64,000 nt of DNA from an uncultured Acidobacteriota bacterium (GCA_963724485.1 CAVRUW010000002.1:65381-129380), one strand, 5' to 3'. Positions 1-10,258 are shown, counted from the first letter of the stretch. A program made the numbers and translations. The notes: generated from the sequence alone by a model not told the origin.

Positions 1-114
1 TCTTGCGGAGTTGCAATCAGCCTGCGCGACACAGACGGACGCGATCGGTTAGAAGGCCCTGATCGACTTCTGGCTGGAGGGTTCGCGATATGATGCGCCC
101 AGCCCGACCGTAAC

Positions 115-2826
115 ATGGCCCTTTCATCCGGCAGCCGTATCGGACCGTACGAGATTTCGTCGCTGATCGGCGCCGGTGGCATGGGCGAAGTCTTTCGCGC
201 CATCGACGTCCATCTGGGACGCGTTGCCGCAATCAAGGTCCTGCCGCAGTCGTTCGCCGGCGACGCCGAACGTCTGGCGCGCTTCGAGCGCGAAGCACAG
301 ACGCTGGCATCGCTGAATCACCCCAACATCGCGCAGGTGTTCGGCTTTGAAAAGGGCGAGGGTCACTTCCGCGCGCTCGCCATGGAATTCGTCGAGGGGC
401 CTACCCTCGCGGACCGGATCGGCGGCGCTCCGGTACCACTCGACGAAGCCATTCCCATCGCCATCCAGATCGCAGACGGGCTCGAAAGCGCACACGAGCA
501 CGGCATCGTCCATCGCGACCTGAAGCCGCAAAACATCAAGGTGCGGCCCGACGGAACGGTGAAGATCCTCGATTTCGGGTTGGCAAAATCACTCGGGTCG
601 TCGGACTCGTCGTCCCCGGGGGCGAACCCGACCATCACCACACCCGCCATGACGCTCGCCGGCGTCGTGCTTGGTACGGCGTCTTACATGAGTCCCGAGC
701 AGGCCAAAGGCCGCGTCGTGGATCGACGGGCCGATATCTGGGCTTTCGGCTGCGTACTGTTCGAGCTGCTGACCGGCAAGCGCGCGTTCGACGGGTCCGA
801 TGTCAGCGAGGCGATCGTGTCGATTCTGCGCGACGAGCCCGCGTGGTCCGCGCTGCCCGCAAACACTCCGCCGCACTTGCGATCGCTCGTGCAACGGTGC
901 CTGCAGAAGGATCTTCGAAAGCGTCTGCCGCACATCGGCGTCGCGCGGCTCGAACTGACCGAACCGTCGAGTCCTGCGCTCGCGACGAGCGCGGCCCCTC
1001 GATCGCGTGCGATGTGGGGTGCGCTCGCGGCAGCGGCCATCATTCTCGCGCTGGGTCTTGCGGCGTGGGCGACGTGGCCGCGGCCCTCCATCGCCCCGGC
1101 TCCGCCAATGCGCCTGCGCGTGGATCTCGGCGCGACCACGCCCGTCTTCCTGACCGGCACAACAGCACTCTCACCCGATGGCATGGTGCTGGCGTTTGTG
1201 GGACGACCACCCGGCGATTCGCTGCGCACCTCCCTTTACGTTCGTCGCCTCGACCGACTCGACGCACAGCAGCTGCCCGGTACAGAGTCAGGTCAGTCGC
1301 CCTTCTTCTCGCCCGATGGCCGCTGGATCGCGTTCTTCGCCGAAAGCACATTGAAGAAGATCCCAACGGCGGGCGGGGCCGTGGTCTCGATTTGTCCCGC
1401 GCCGGCGCCGCGCGGCGGCTCGTGGGGAAACGACGACGTGATCGTCTTCGCCTTGGGGGAGGGGCTCAACCGCGTTGCATCCAGGGGCGGGGTTCCCGAA
1501 GTGCTCGTGAAGCCGGCGCCCGGCGTCACGCCTCCCACCTCGCCACAGGTGCTGCCGGGCGGCCGCGGCATTCTGTACGTCGAAGCGCCGAACTCCGATC
1601 CCGCCGCGGGCACAATCTTCGTCCGGGATCTCGCGAGAGGAACGACGAAGGAAGTCCTGCAGGGCGGCCGGTCCCCACGATATGTCGAGACCGGGCATCT
1701 CACGTTCGTCCGAAGCGGGACCGTGTTTGCGGTGCCATTCGATCTCGATACGCTCGAGGTGAAGGGAGGAGCCGTTCCAGTGGTAGAGGGCGTCTTCCAA
1801 GCGCCGTTTACCGCAATCGCGAATCTTGCCATCTCCGCCCGCGGAACGTTGGCGTATCAACCCGGGACCGCCAGTCTCAGCCGACAGGCCCCGATCATGT
1901 GGATGACTCAGGCGGGCGCGCTGACGTCGCTGCGAGCGGCGCCTTCGTCCTTTGGGTTCCCTCGCTTTTCTCCCGATGGCCGTCGCCTTGCGATGACCAT
2001 GACGGACGGACGCCAGTTCGACATCTGGGTGTACGACTGGGAGCGCGACATCCTGACCAGGGTCACCACCGATGTGGGCGTGGATCTATCACCCGTGTGG
2101 ACGCCGGACGGAACCGGTCTCGTTTTTGGCGCGACCCGTGGCTCCAGCAATCTCAACCTGTACTGGCAGCGTGCCGACGGCACCGGCGAGGCCCGGCGGC
2201 TCACGACAAGCAACGTGTCGCAGATACCTGACGCGTTCGATCCAACAGGACGGCTGCTAGTGTTTCATGAAGGCGATCCCGCCACCACCAGGCAGACGTT
2301 GGCGCTCCTGCCGATCGAGCGAGACGGTCATCAACTGAAAGGCGGAACGCCCACGCCATTGATCGGCGGCGCCTTCCTGAAGGCGAATGCGCGGATCTCT
2401 GCTGACGGCAAGTGGATGGCCTACGCGGCCAACGACACGGGCACGTTCGAAATCTACGTGCAGTCGTTTCCCGAACTCGGGGAGCGCGTGCAGGTGTCCA
2501 ACGGCGGCGGCAATCTGGCGCTCTGGGCGCCGCGGAAGAACGAGCTCTATTATTCCGGGGCCAGCGAGGGAACGTTGATGATGGTGCCGTTCACGGTCAG
2601 CAACGGCGCGTTTGTTCCCGCCAAGCCGCGGCCATGGTCTCAGACCACGTTTTCCTCTACGCCCCCGATCGTGACGTATGGCCCCGGCTTCGACCTGCAC
2701 CCCGACGGCGAGCGCTTCGCCGTCACACCGCCCTTGCAGTCGGCCAGCGACGCGACGGCTGCGAGTCAAGTCGTGCTGCTGTTCAATTTCTTCGACGAGC
2801 TGCGCCGCGTTGCGCCGATTCGCTGA
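115..2826 (+). CDS. Hanks-type Ser/Thr protein kinase with TM helix and C-terminal PD40/TolB-like beta-propeller
   Basis: GAGGMGEV, VAAIK, HRDLKPQN, DFG and MSPE motifs; hydrophobic segment near aa 300-320; repeated (F/W)SPDG motifs. Confidence 0.95.
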   Translation: MALSSGSRIGPYEISSLIGAGGMGEVFRAIDVHLGRVAAIKVLPQSFAGDAERLARFEREAQTLASLNHPNIAQVFGFEKGEGHFRALAMEFVEGPTLADRIGGAPVPLDEAIPIAIQIADGLESAHEHGIVHRDLKPQNIKVRPDGTVKILDFGLAKSLGSSDSSSPGANPTITTPAMTLAGVVLGTASYMSPEQAKGRVVDRRADIWAFGCVLFELLTGKRAFDGSDVSEAIVSILRDEPAWSALPANTPPHLRSLVQRCLQKDLRKRLPHIGVARLELTEPSSPALATSAAPRSRAMWGALAAAAIILALGLAAWATWPRPSIAPAPPMRLRVDLGATTPVFLTGTTALSPDGMVLAFVGRPPGDSLRTSLYVRRLDRLDAQQLPGTESGQSPFFSPDGRWIAFFAESTLKKIPTAGGAVVSICPAPAPRGGSWGNDDVIVFALGEGLNRVASRGGVPEVLVKPAPGVTPPTSPQVLPGGRGILYVEAPNSDPAAGTIFVRDLARGTTKEVLQGGRSPRYVETGHLTFVRSGTVFAVPFDLDTLEVKGGAVPVVEGVFQAPFTAIANLAISARGTLAYQPGTASLSRQAPIMWMTQAGALTSLRAAPSSFGFPRFSPDGRRLAMTMTDGRQFDIWVYDWERDILTRVTTDVGVDLSPVWTPDGTGLVFGATRGSSNLNLYWQRADGTGEARRLTTSNVSQIPDAFDPTGRLLVFHEGDPATTRQTLALLPIERDGHQLKGGTPTPLIGGAFLKANARISADGKWMAYAANDTGTFEIYVQSFPELGERVQVSNGGGNLALWAPRKNELYYSGASEGTLMMVPFTVSNGAFVPAKPRPWSQTTFSSTPPIVTYGPGFDLHPDGERFAVTPPLQSASDATAASQVVLLFNFFDELRRVAPIR

Positions 2827-2861
2827 TCGGCGCGTCCGCCACTTCAGCAGGGATCCATGAC

Positions 2862-3191
2862 ATGCACATGACCGATATTCCTTTCCGTACGACCGACTGG
2901 TCGTCCGTGCCCTCCACCCGACACGAAGGCACTTCGGGCCTCGCGTACTGGCGAACAGTGCACTGCGGCGGGATTCGTGTGCGTATGGTTGAGTACACGC
3001 CTGGGTACGTTGCGGACCATTGGTGCACGAAGGGACATATCCTTCTGTGTCTGGAAGGTGAGCTACAGACAGAGATCAAAGATGGCCGAACATTCGTGCT
3101 GACCCCGGGCATGAGCTATCAGGTCGCGGACGACACCGAGCCGCATCGCTCCTCGACACGCGTCGGAGCGAAGCTGTTCATCGTGGACTGA
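2862..3191 (+). CDS. DHCW-motif cupin-fold protein
   Basis: 3' part of ORF 2412..3191: MHMTDIPFRTTDW...YVADHWCTKGHILLCLEGEL...PHRS; start moved to ATG 2862 (2868 also possible). Confidence 0.88.
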   Translation: MHMTDIPFRTTDWSSVPSTRHEGTSGLAYWRTVHCGGIRVRMVEYTPGYVADHWCTKGHILLCLEGELQTEIKDGRTFVLTPGMSYQVADDTEPHRSSTRVGAKLFIVD

Positions 3192-3287
3192 GCGCATGAA
3201 TGCTGATCGCACACGGCTATCCTGGGGTGATCGAGCTCGCCCGCGCGAATCAGACCTAGTTGACGGACCAGCCGCCAGCAGCGGAGG

Positions 3288-3395
3288 CCGTTGCGCGTCG
3301 GGGGCATCCATTACGACGTGTCCACTCATGACCAGGTCGTCTGGACCATCGTCCGCACGGGGGAGAGTCGGATTTGGCTGAGCGAGTTCCGATAG
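3288..3395 (+). pseudogene. Orphan 3' remnant of a kinase/propeller gene paralogous to the end of 7608..10160
   Basis: 3306..3395 reads IHYDVSTHDQVVWTIVRTGESRIWLSEFR*, versus IHYDVSTHDQIVWTIVRTGENRIWLTEFR* at 10071..10160; 80 of 90 nt identical by manual count. Confidence 0.9.
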
Positions 3396-3397
3396 GG

Positions 3398-3841
3398 TCA
3401 GACGTCGATGGCCGCTTCGACCCTCGCCTCTCTCAATGCAAGCAACAGCGCACCGGCGGATGCGGAGAACACCGAATAGTCCAGCGGTGATTTCAGTCCC
3501 GCGGTCAGCGCCATAGCCGTCGCGAACCAGGCGAGCAGCGCCGCACTGCCGAACGCGGCCCATCGCACTCGAATGCCAGCGATCAGTGCCACGCCAAGCG
3601 TCGTCTCGAGGCACGTCGCGGCCCATGCCACGACCGGCATTGCCGGCTCCGGAACGAACGGGTTCAACTCGGCCGTCCTGCGAATGAATCTCTCGAAATT
3701 TGCCCAGTTGAGCGCTCCCGTCCATAGACCAAACCTGCCCGCAACGGCGGAGAGAAACGCTGCCCCAATGGCGATGCGTGCATATCGCGACGCCCATTGC
3801 TCCCACTGAGTCGTCGAATGCCAGCTGCTATCTCGCTGCAT
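3398..3841 (-). CDS. DoxX-family membrane protein
   Basis: ARIAIGAAFLSAVAGRFGLW...ETTLGVALIAG...PLDYSVF; about 4 hydrophobic segments; ATG 3841 overlaps the end of the upstream cupin gene. Confidence 0.8.
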   Translation of the reverse strand: MQRDSSWHSTTQWEQWASRYARIAIGAAFLSAVAGRFGLWTGALNWANFERFIRRTAELNPFVPEPAMPVVAWAATCLETTLGVALIAGIRVRWAAFGSAALLAWFATAMALTAGLKSPLDYSVFSASAGALLLALREARVEAAIDV

Positions 3842-4277
3842 CACCAGGCACCGGCACCGATAGGGCAGTTTGGCGATCGCACACGAAATACGCGAGGAAA
3901 CGGGCCGGTCGATCCTGGCTGGCGTTGGCCGAGACGAGGTGCACGTCACCCGGCGCCTCGTAAAAGCTGTCACCCGGGCCATAGACATGTTCCGGTTGTC
4001 CTTTCACGTGCATCCGAAGGCTGCCTTCGAGCACATAGCCAACTACCGGGCACGGATGACGATGGGTGGGGTTGGCACCACCAGGTTCGTAGGTGACTTC
4101 GACGAGCGTTGCCGCCAGCTTCTCGCCGTTCAGGTGCGGCAATTCGCGGGTCAGGGCCACCCGCGAGCGTGACGGCTTCGTCGGCTGCGACCACGCGCGA
4201 ATCGGCGGGACCACGATCCAAGTGGTGCCTGTGATCAAAAGCGCGGCGCAAACTCGCAAAACGACCGCTCGGTGCAT
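3828..4277 (-). CDS. Cupin domain protein with probable signal peptide
   Basis: THRHP..VVGYVLEG and FYEAPGDVH cupin motifs; hydrophobic N-terminus. Confidence 0.88.
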   Translation of the reverse strand: MHRAVVLRVCAALLITGTTWIVVPPIRAWSQPTKPSRSRVALTRELPHLNGEKLAATLVEVTYEPGGANPTHRHPCPVVGYVLEGSLRMHVKGQPEHVYGPGDSFYEAPGDVHLVSANASQDRPARFLAYFVCDRQTALSVPVPGDAAR

Positions 4278-4311
4278 GCTTTCCGATCCTCCCCCCACAG
4301 CCTACAGATTG

Positions 4312-4358
4312 ACTGGACCAATACAAGGACCATTTCTTAAGATTCTCATTGGACCATT
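4312..4358. promoter_or_regulatory. Probable MocR operator: three GGACCA direct repeats in the divergent intergenic region
   Basis: GGACCA at 4315-4320, 4327-4332 and 4351-4356 in an AT-rich spacer; MocR/GabR-type regulators bind short repeats at divergent promoters. Confidence 0.6.
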
Positions 4359-4363
4359 TGTGG

Positions 4364-5902
4364 ATGGCTGCGCGCACCGAAGAGATCATCGTCACGTTGA
4401 CGTCGCGCGACCCCGGCACCTCCGCGTTCCGCTGGCTCTGCACCGGACTTCGGGCGGCCATCCTCGGCGGACGCCTCCGGCCGGGCGATCGTCTGCCCGC
4501 CACGCGCGTCCTCGCGGGGCGCTACGGCCTGGCGCGCGGGACGATCGTCACCGCGTACGAGCAACTGAAGGCGGAGGGCTACCTCGAAGCAAGGGTCGGA
4601 GCCGGCAGTTACGTCGCCGCGACGCTCCCGGATGCGCTGCTCCACGCCTCGTCGCCGCACATCGAGATCCCGCAGCCTGTAGGTCGGCGACGCCTGTCGG
4701 CGGCCGCCCGACGGGCCACGCTTTTTCCTGCGACTACTGACAGCCGTACCCGCGCGTTTTGCACGAACCAGCCAGCGCTCGATCTCTTCCCGATGACCAT
4801 CTGGGCACAGGTCGCTGGCCGTCGACTACGTCGCGCAACGGTTGACCAACTGCGTGTTGGTGACCCGCGGGGGTACGCTCCGCTTCGCGCCGCGATCGCC
4901 GACTATCTTTCCGCCTCACGCGGAGTCGTCTGCACGCCCGAACAAATCGTCGTTGTCTCCGGCGTACAGGAAGCCTTGGACCTGACCGCGCGTGTCTTTC
5001 TCGATCCAGGCGACCGTGTCTGCGTGGAGCACCCTGGCTATATCGGCGCGTCGCTGACATTCGCGGCACTGGGCGCGATGATCACGCGTCTCCCGGTCGA
5101 CGCCGACGGCATGGTCGTGCGCCCTCTACGCGGGCGACCACCACGCCTGATTTACGTCACACCCGCGCACCAGTTTCCGTTGGGCGTCACCATGACCGTG
5201 ACGCGACGGCTGGCGTTGCTCGAATGGGCGCGTCGATCGAGCGCGGTGATTCTCGAAGACGACTACGACAGCGAATATCGCTATTCCGGGGCGCCGGTGC
5301 CGGCGCTGCAGGGCCTCGATCGCTACGGTCTCGTCTTCTACACCGGAAGCTTCAGCAAGGTCTTGTTTCCATCGCTCCGGCTCGGGTATCTCGTCGTCCC
5401 CACCGATCTCGTCGATCGCGTCGCGGCGATGAAGTCGATCGCCAATCGGTGCGCGCCGTCGCTGGATCAGGCGGTGCTGACCGACTTCTTGGTTGAAGGG
5501 CATTTCGGTCGCCACGTCCGCCGCATGAGGGCTGTCTACGCCGAGCGTCTCGCCGTCCTGCTCGAGAGTGCCGCACAACGCCTCAGTGGCTGGCTGGAGT
5601 TTTCACCTGTTGAGGCCGGGCTGCAGACGACGGCGTGGTTGGCTGGGAACACTGACAGCATCGCAGTGGCCGAGGCGGCTGCACGGCGAGGCGTGGAAGT
5701 CACGCCAGTCAGCCGCCGAGCCCAGCGTCAGTCGATGAGCCAGGGCCTCGTCGTGGGTTTCGCGGCGGTTGAGCCGGCCGAGATTCGGCGCGGTGTGCGC
5801 GACCTTGCCGCAGCCTTTGAGGAGTGTCAAAAGACCCGCACGCAGGGCCCGCCGACCGGTGGTTCAACGCCAATGTCGAGAAGCCGAGCCCGCTCAGGTT
5901 GA
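4364..5902 (+). CDS. MocR/GabR-family regulator (GntR wHTH plus PLP-dependent aminotransferase-like domain)
   Basis: LRPGDRLPATRVLA...AYEQLKAEGYL; YVTPAHQFPLG; EDDYDSEY; SFSKVLFPSLRLGY. Confidence 0.95.
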   Translation: MAARTEEIIVTLTSRDPGTSAFRWLCTGLRAAILGGRLRPGDRLPATRVLAGRYGLARGTIVTAYEQLKAEGYLEARVGAGSYVAATLPDALLHASSPHIEIPQPVGRRRLSAAARRATLFPATTDSRTRAFCTNQPALDLFPMTIWAQVAGRRLRRATVDQLRVGDPRGYAPLRAAIADYLSASRGVVCTPEQIVVVSGVQEALDLTARVFLDPGDRVCVEHPGYIGASLTFAALGAMITRLPVDADGMVVRPLRGRPPRLIYVTPAHQFPLGVTMTVTRRLALLEWARRSSAVILEDDYDSEYRYSGAPVPALQGLDRYGLVFYTGSFSKVLFPSLRLGYLVVPTDLVDRVAAMKSIANRCAPSLDQAVLTDFLVEGHFGRHVRRMRAVYAERLAVLLESAAQRLSGWLEFSPVEAGLQTTAWLAGNTDSIAVAEAAARRGVEVTPVSRRAQRQSMSQGLVVGFAAVEPAEIRRGVRDLAAAFEECQKTRTQGPPTGGSTPMSRSRARSG

Positions 5903-5933
5903 AAGGCAGGCCAAACGGATGAACAAATAAGCA

Positions 5934-6827
5934 ATGGCACGAGTCGCAGTCATCGAAGCACCGTCGATCCTTGGTCTCAGGCCCAGCGGTGTGGAGGGCC
6001 TGCCTGAGTCGTTGCGTCAGGCCGGCCTCATCGACCGATTACGCGCCCGCGACGCGGGGCGCATGGCACCGCAGACCCCCTACAACCCGACGCGTGATGC
6101 GACAACACTGACACTCAATGCCCCCGGCATCGCACTGTTCTCTCGAATGTTGGCAGATGCGGTTGGCGATGTGCTCGACCGCGGCGAGTTCCCGCTGGTC
6201 CTCGGTGGAGACTGTTCGATCTTGCTGGGCAATCTGCTCGCCCTCCGGCGTCGTGGTCGCTATGGCCTGTTGTTCGTCGACGGTCACGCCGACTTCTACA
6301 GCCCCGAGGCCAACCCGAACGGTGAGGCCGCTTCCATGGACCTCGCGCTCGCCACCGGTCGAGGCCCGGAGATCCTGACCAACATCGAAGAACGCCGCCC
6401 TTTAGTCAAAGATGAAGACGTCGTGGCGTTTGGCTTCCGCGACGTCGACGAGCAGGCTGCGTACGGAAGCCCGCCACTTCCCCGCGAGATCTTGGCATTG
6501 GATCTGACGACCATTCGGCGCCACGGCGTCGCCAAGGCTGCGAACGAGGCCGTCGCGCACTTGTCGCGCCATGGCGCAACGACTGGCGGCTTCTGGATCC
6601 ATGTCGACGCGGACGTTCTCGACGACGAGATCATGCCGGCCGTTGACTACCGCCTCCCGGGCGGAGTGTCCTGGGAGGAACTCACCCACGCTCTGCACAT
6701 CGCGATCGAATCGGGCCGGGCCGTCGGAATGGAGGTCACCATCTACAACCCGACCCTGGATCCGGAGCGTGCAGGCGCGCAAGGGCTGGCTCGAGTCATC
6801 GTCGACGCGTTGACCTTGGACGGCTGA
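5934..6827 (+). CDS. Arginase/ureohydrolase family protein
   Basis: LGGDCS, DGHADF, HVDADVLD and YNP motifs. Confidence 0.92.
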   Translation: MARVAVIEAPSILGLRPSGVEGLPESLRQAGLIDRLRARDAGRMAPQTPYNPTRDATTLTLNAPGIALFSRMLADAVGDVLDRGEFPLVLGGDCSILLGNLLALRRRGRYGLLFVDGHADFYSPEANPNGEAASMDLALATGRGPEILTNIEERRPLVKDEDVVAFGFRDVDEQAAYGSPPLPREILALDLTTIRRHGVAKAANEAVAHLSRHGATTGGFWIHVDADVLDDEIMPAVDYRLPGGVSWEELTHALHIAIESGRAVGMEVTIYNPTLDPERAGAQGLARVIVDALTLDG

Positions 6828-6847
6828 CGCGGGACCTGGAGGCAAAC

Positions 6848-7525
6848 ATGAAAGAACTCACCATTGGCTTCGTGATCTTTCCGAATCTCACGCAACTCGA
6901 TTTCACCGGTCCCCTCGAGGTACTCCACCGCATGCCCGGCGCGCGAATCGAGATCGTGGCCAAGACGACCGCGCCGGTTCCGTCCGATGCCATGTCCATT
7001 CTTCCGACAGCGACCTTCCAAGACTGTCCCGCGCTCGACCTGATCTGCGTCCCGGGCGGGTTCGGCGTCAGCGAGGCGCTCGAAGACGAGGAAACCATCG
7101 CGTTCGTCCGCGAACAAGGGATGCGCGCGCAGTACGTGACATCTGTCTGCACAGGTGCCTTCATCCTCGGCGCCGCCGGCCTGCTGCACCGAAAGCGCGC
7201 GACCACGCACTGGGCGTACCACCATCTCCTGCCCCGCGTCGGAGCCATTCCCGTGCACGAGCGCGTGGTGCAGGACGGCTCGACGTTTACCGGCGGAGGC
7301 GTGACCGCCGGCATCGACTTCGCGCTCACCGTGATGGCCGAGATCGCGGGTCCGCCGGTTGCGCAAGCCGTGCAGCTCGCGCTCGAGTACGACCCTCATC
7401 CACCCTTCGGCGCGGGCACGCCGGCCACGGCTCCGGCGGCTGTTCGCGAGGCGGCGATTGCGCGCTACGCGCCACGGCTTGGTCCATTCGAGGCAATTCT
7501 CGAGCGAGTTGCGGTGCGCGCCTGA
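6848..7525 (+). CDS. DJ-1/PfpI family protein (isonitrile hydratase InhA-like)
   Basis: TQLDFTGP, VPGG, SVCTG nucleophilic Cys, ATTHW, GGVTAGIDF, LEYDP.PPF. Confidence 0.92.
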   Translation: MKELTIGFVIFPNLTQLDFTGPLEVLHRMPGARIEIVAKTTAPVPSDAMSILPTATFQDCPALDLICVPGGFGVSEALEDEETIAFVREQGMRAQYVTSVCTGAFILGAAGLLHRKRATTHWAYHHLLPRVGAIPVHERVVQDGSTFTGGGVTAGIDFALTVMAEIAGPPVAQAVQLALEYDPHPPFGAGTPATAPAAVREAAIARYAPRLGPFEAILERVAVRA

Positions 7526-7607
7526 TGAATTGAATCGCGCCGGGGCTATCATGGACCGTCCTGATTGAGCCGCGCGAAGAATCAGCGCACGTTCCCTGTC
7601 TAGAGCA

Positions 7608-10160
7608 ATGAGTCTCGCCGCCGGCCAGCACCTCGGCCCCTATGAAATCCTCGGCTCGCTCGGCGCCGGCGGCATGGGTGAGGTCTACCGCGCACGCGAC
7701 TCGCGTCTCGGCCGCGTCGTCGCTCTCAAAGTGCTGCCGATGGCTTCGGCGGCCAACCCCGAATCTCGACTACGTCTCGAGCGCGAAGCGCGCGCGGTCG
7801 CCAGCCTCAACCACCCGCACATCTGCACGCTGCACGATTTCGGGTCGGACGGCGAGATCGATTTTCTCGTCATGGAGTGTCTGGATGGCGAAACGCTCAC
7901 CCGACGGTTGACGAAAGGCGCACTTCCCCTCGAGCGCGCACTCACGCATGCGATTGAGATCGCTTCCGCACTCGACGCGGCGCATCGCGTGGGCCTCATC
8001 CACCGGGATCTCAAACCATCAAACATCATGTTGACGGCGGCGGGTGCGAAGCTCCTGGACTTCGGTCTCGCCAAGCTCCTGCACACAGAGCCCGCCACCG
8101 AGCCTGGTAGCGCGACAATCAGCCCTCAGGTGTTGACGCTCAACGGGGCGATGGTCGGAACCCTTCAGTACATGTCGCCTGAACAAGTGAAGGGGCTCGC
8201 GGTGGACGCCCGCTCCGACATCTTTTCGTTCGGTGCAGTCGTGTACAAAATGGTGACCGGCCGGAAAGCTTTTCAGGCGGAGGGACAGAGAAACCTGATC
8301 GGCGCGATCCTCGACGTGGAACCGCCGCCGATGTCGGCGATTCGACCTCTTGTGCCTCCGGCGCTCGAGCGTGTCGTCCAGAAGTGTCTCTCGAAGGATC
8401 CGAGCGATCGGTGGCAAACGGCGCGCGACCTTCTCGATGCGCTGAAGTGGACGGCGGCTCCGGTGGCCCCAGTGTCTGCCGCGCGAGCAACATCGCGAAG
8501 CCGCACTCTCCTCGTCGGGGGAGCGGCTCTAGCAGCGGCTGGCGTCGTGTCGGCTTGGCTGTGGTCGCGCCAGCCGGAGCAACCGACCGGACTGAGCGGA
8601 CAACGCCTGGTCACGGACTATCGGGGATCTCACGGGTGGGGCAGCTTCTCGCCCGACGGGAAAATGATCGCGTACGTGAGCAACGCTGATGCATCGGATC
8701 AGGTGTGGGTCAAGAACCTCGCGTCGGGCGATCCGATTCAGTTGACATTCGGCCCACCTGGTTCCGGACGACTTGCGTGGTCGCCGACAGGGGATCAAAT
8801 CGTGTTCGCCATGGCCGGCGGACAGGGGATCTGGTCAGTCCCACCGCTGGGGGGACCACCACGTCGCCTGTTCGAACGGGGCAATCGTCCAAAGTTTTCA
8901 CGTGATGGGCGGCGCCTGGTGTTCGAACGGGGAGGCGAGATCTGGGTCGCGAACGCTGACGGCAGCGAAGCGCGACGTGCCTATGACGCGCCGCCGTCCA
9001 GGTTCCCGAGTTTGCCGGCACTCTCCCCTGACGGGGAGGCGATCGTTTTTTTCATGTCGACCGGTGGGCCCCTCGGCGATTACTGGGTCCTGCGCACCTC
9101 GGGCGGACCGGCGCGTCAACTCACCTTCGACCACAGTGCCGGCGGCTCGGCAGTCTGGACTCCAGACAACCGTTCGATTGTTTTCCCGTCTGCGCGCAGT
9201 GGGAGCATGACGTTGTGGCAGATCGCCACCGAAGGCGGCACACCACGACCACTCACATTCGGCGCTGGTGACGATGCCGATCCCGACATCTCCGCGGATG
9301 GGCGGCGACTCCTCTACACGAACATGCGTGGCGCTACCGCGCTTACGGTCACCGATTCCGCGGGACAGCAGAAAGAGTTGCTCGAGCGCCAATCGGGTAT
9401 CGAGGGAGGCGCCTTTTCGCCGGCGGGCGATCGGGTGGCGTTCTTCTATCAGGTTGAAACCGGGGTGCATGTGTTCACGGTCGGCGTCGATGGTCGCGAA
9501 CTTCGGCAGATTACGCATGGGCAGGGGGAAATCAACACGTTTCCACATTGGTCGGCTGACGGCGCCTACCTCTACTTTTTCCGCAACAAGCCGACGGTGT
9601 CGTTCGTGAAAGTTTCGGCGACCGGGGGGACGGCGACGGACGTTGGGCCATGGGCCTCCTCGAGCCGTGCGCGGGTCGATCCCGCGGGCACGCGCGTGGT
9701 GTTGGAACGTGGCGACGGAACGGTCACCAATGCGACCATCGTCCGCGAGCTGACGACCGGGCGAGAAACAACCCTGAACACGGTCCTGCGATATCCACGC
9801 TGGACCGCAAATGGCCGCACCGTCATCGGAACCGAGGAAGTCACGAAGCCCGATGGCCAGGTTCGCCAGCGCATCGTCACGTGTACGATTGATGGACCCT
9901 GTCAGCCGCTGACGAATGGGTTCCAACCCGTGCCATCGGCCGACGGTTCTCGTGTCTTTTTTCTGAGGCCGAGCACGCAGGGGACGCCGTTTCGCGAACT
10001 GTGGTCTGTCGATCGCGACGGTGGCCACGAGCGACAGCGTGGGACGATTGGGCCGATGAGCGTGGGGAGTATCCACTACGACGTGTCCACTCACGATCAG
10101 ATCGTCTGGACAATCGTCCGCACAGGCGAGAATCGGATTTGGCTGACGGAGTTCCGATAG
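7608..10160 (+). CDS. Ser/Thr protein kinase with TM helix and PD40/TolB-like propeller
   Basis: GAGGMGEVY, HRDLKPSN, DFG, YMSPE; SPDG repeats. Confidence 0.95.
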   Translation: MSLAAGQHLGPYEILGSLGAGGMGEVYRARDSRLGRVVALKVLPMASAANPESRLRLEREARAVASLNHPHICTLHDFGSDGEIDFLVMECLDGETLTRRLTKGALPLERALTHAIEIASALDAAHRVGLIHRDLKPSNIMLTAAGAKLLDFGLAKLLHTEPATEPGSATISPQVLTLNGAMVGTLQYMSPEQVKGLAVDARSDIFSFGAVVYKMVTGRKAFQAEGQRNLIGAILDVEPPPMSAIRPLVPPALERVVQKCLSKDPSDRWQTARDLLDALKWTAAPVAPVSAARATSRSRTLLVGGAALAAAGVVSAWLWSRQPEQPTGLSGQRLVTDYRGSHGWGSFSPDGKMIAYVSNADASDQVWVKNLASGDPIQLTFGPPGSGRLAWSPTGDQIVFAMAGGQGIWSVPPLGGPPRRLFERGNRPKFSRDGRRLVFERGGEIWVANADGSEARRAYDAPPSRFPSLPALSPDGEAIVFFMSTGGPLGDYWVLRTSGGPARQLTFDHSAGGSAVWTPDNRSIVFPSARSGSMTLWQIATEGGTPRPLTFGAGDDADPDISADGRRLLYTNMRGATALTVTDSAGQQKELLERQSGIEGGAFSPAGDRVAFFYQVETGVHVFTVGVDGRELRQITHGQGEINTFPHWSADGAYLYFFRNKPTVSFVKVSATGGTATDVGPWASSSRARVDPAGTRVVLERGDGTVTNATIVRELTTGRETTLNTVLRYPRWTANGRTVIGTEEVTKPDGQVRQRIVTCTIDGPCQPLTNGFQPVPSADGSRVFFLRPSTQGTPFRELWSVDRDGGHERQRGTIGPMSVGSIHYDVSTHDQIVWTIVRTGENRIWLTEFR

Positions 10161-10171
10161 GATGTCGCGCG

Positions 10172-10257
10172 TCAGTGACGAGTTACCAGTTGTCAGTTCA
10201 AAGGAATTCCAGGGTGCTCACTTCCCTTTGAACTGATAATTGGAAACTGAAAACTAT
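10172..10257. repeat. Heptamer-armed inverted repeat element, copy 1
   Basis: gagttac-cagttgt-cagttcaaagg ... cctttgaactg-ataattg-gaaactg-aaaacta; related copies at 28581 and 44745. Confidence 0.85.
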
Positions 10258-10258
10258 C

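Noticed and set aside
843..2231. Long alternative-frame and antisense ORFs (e.g. 843..2231, 8898..10094, 24987..26240, 47040..48221, 50958..52136, 62823..63767)
   Set aside because: Arg/Ala/Pro-rich shadow ORFs expected in high-GC DNA, each overlapping a well-supported gene.
3306..10160. Diversity-generating retroelement TR/VR pair (near-identical 90-nt copy of a gene's 3' end)
   Set aside because: Mismatches are mostly synonymous and not adenine-specific in either copy, and no reverse transcriptase is in the window.
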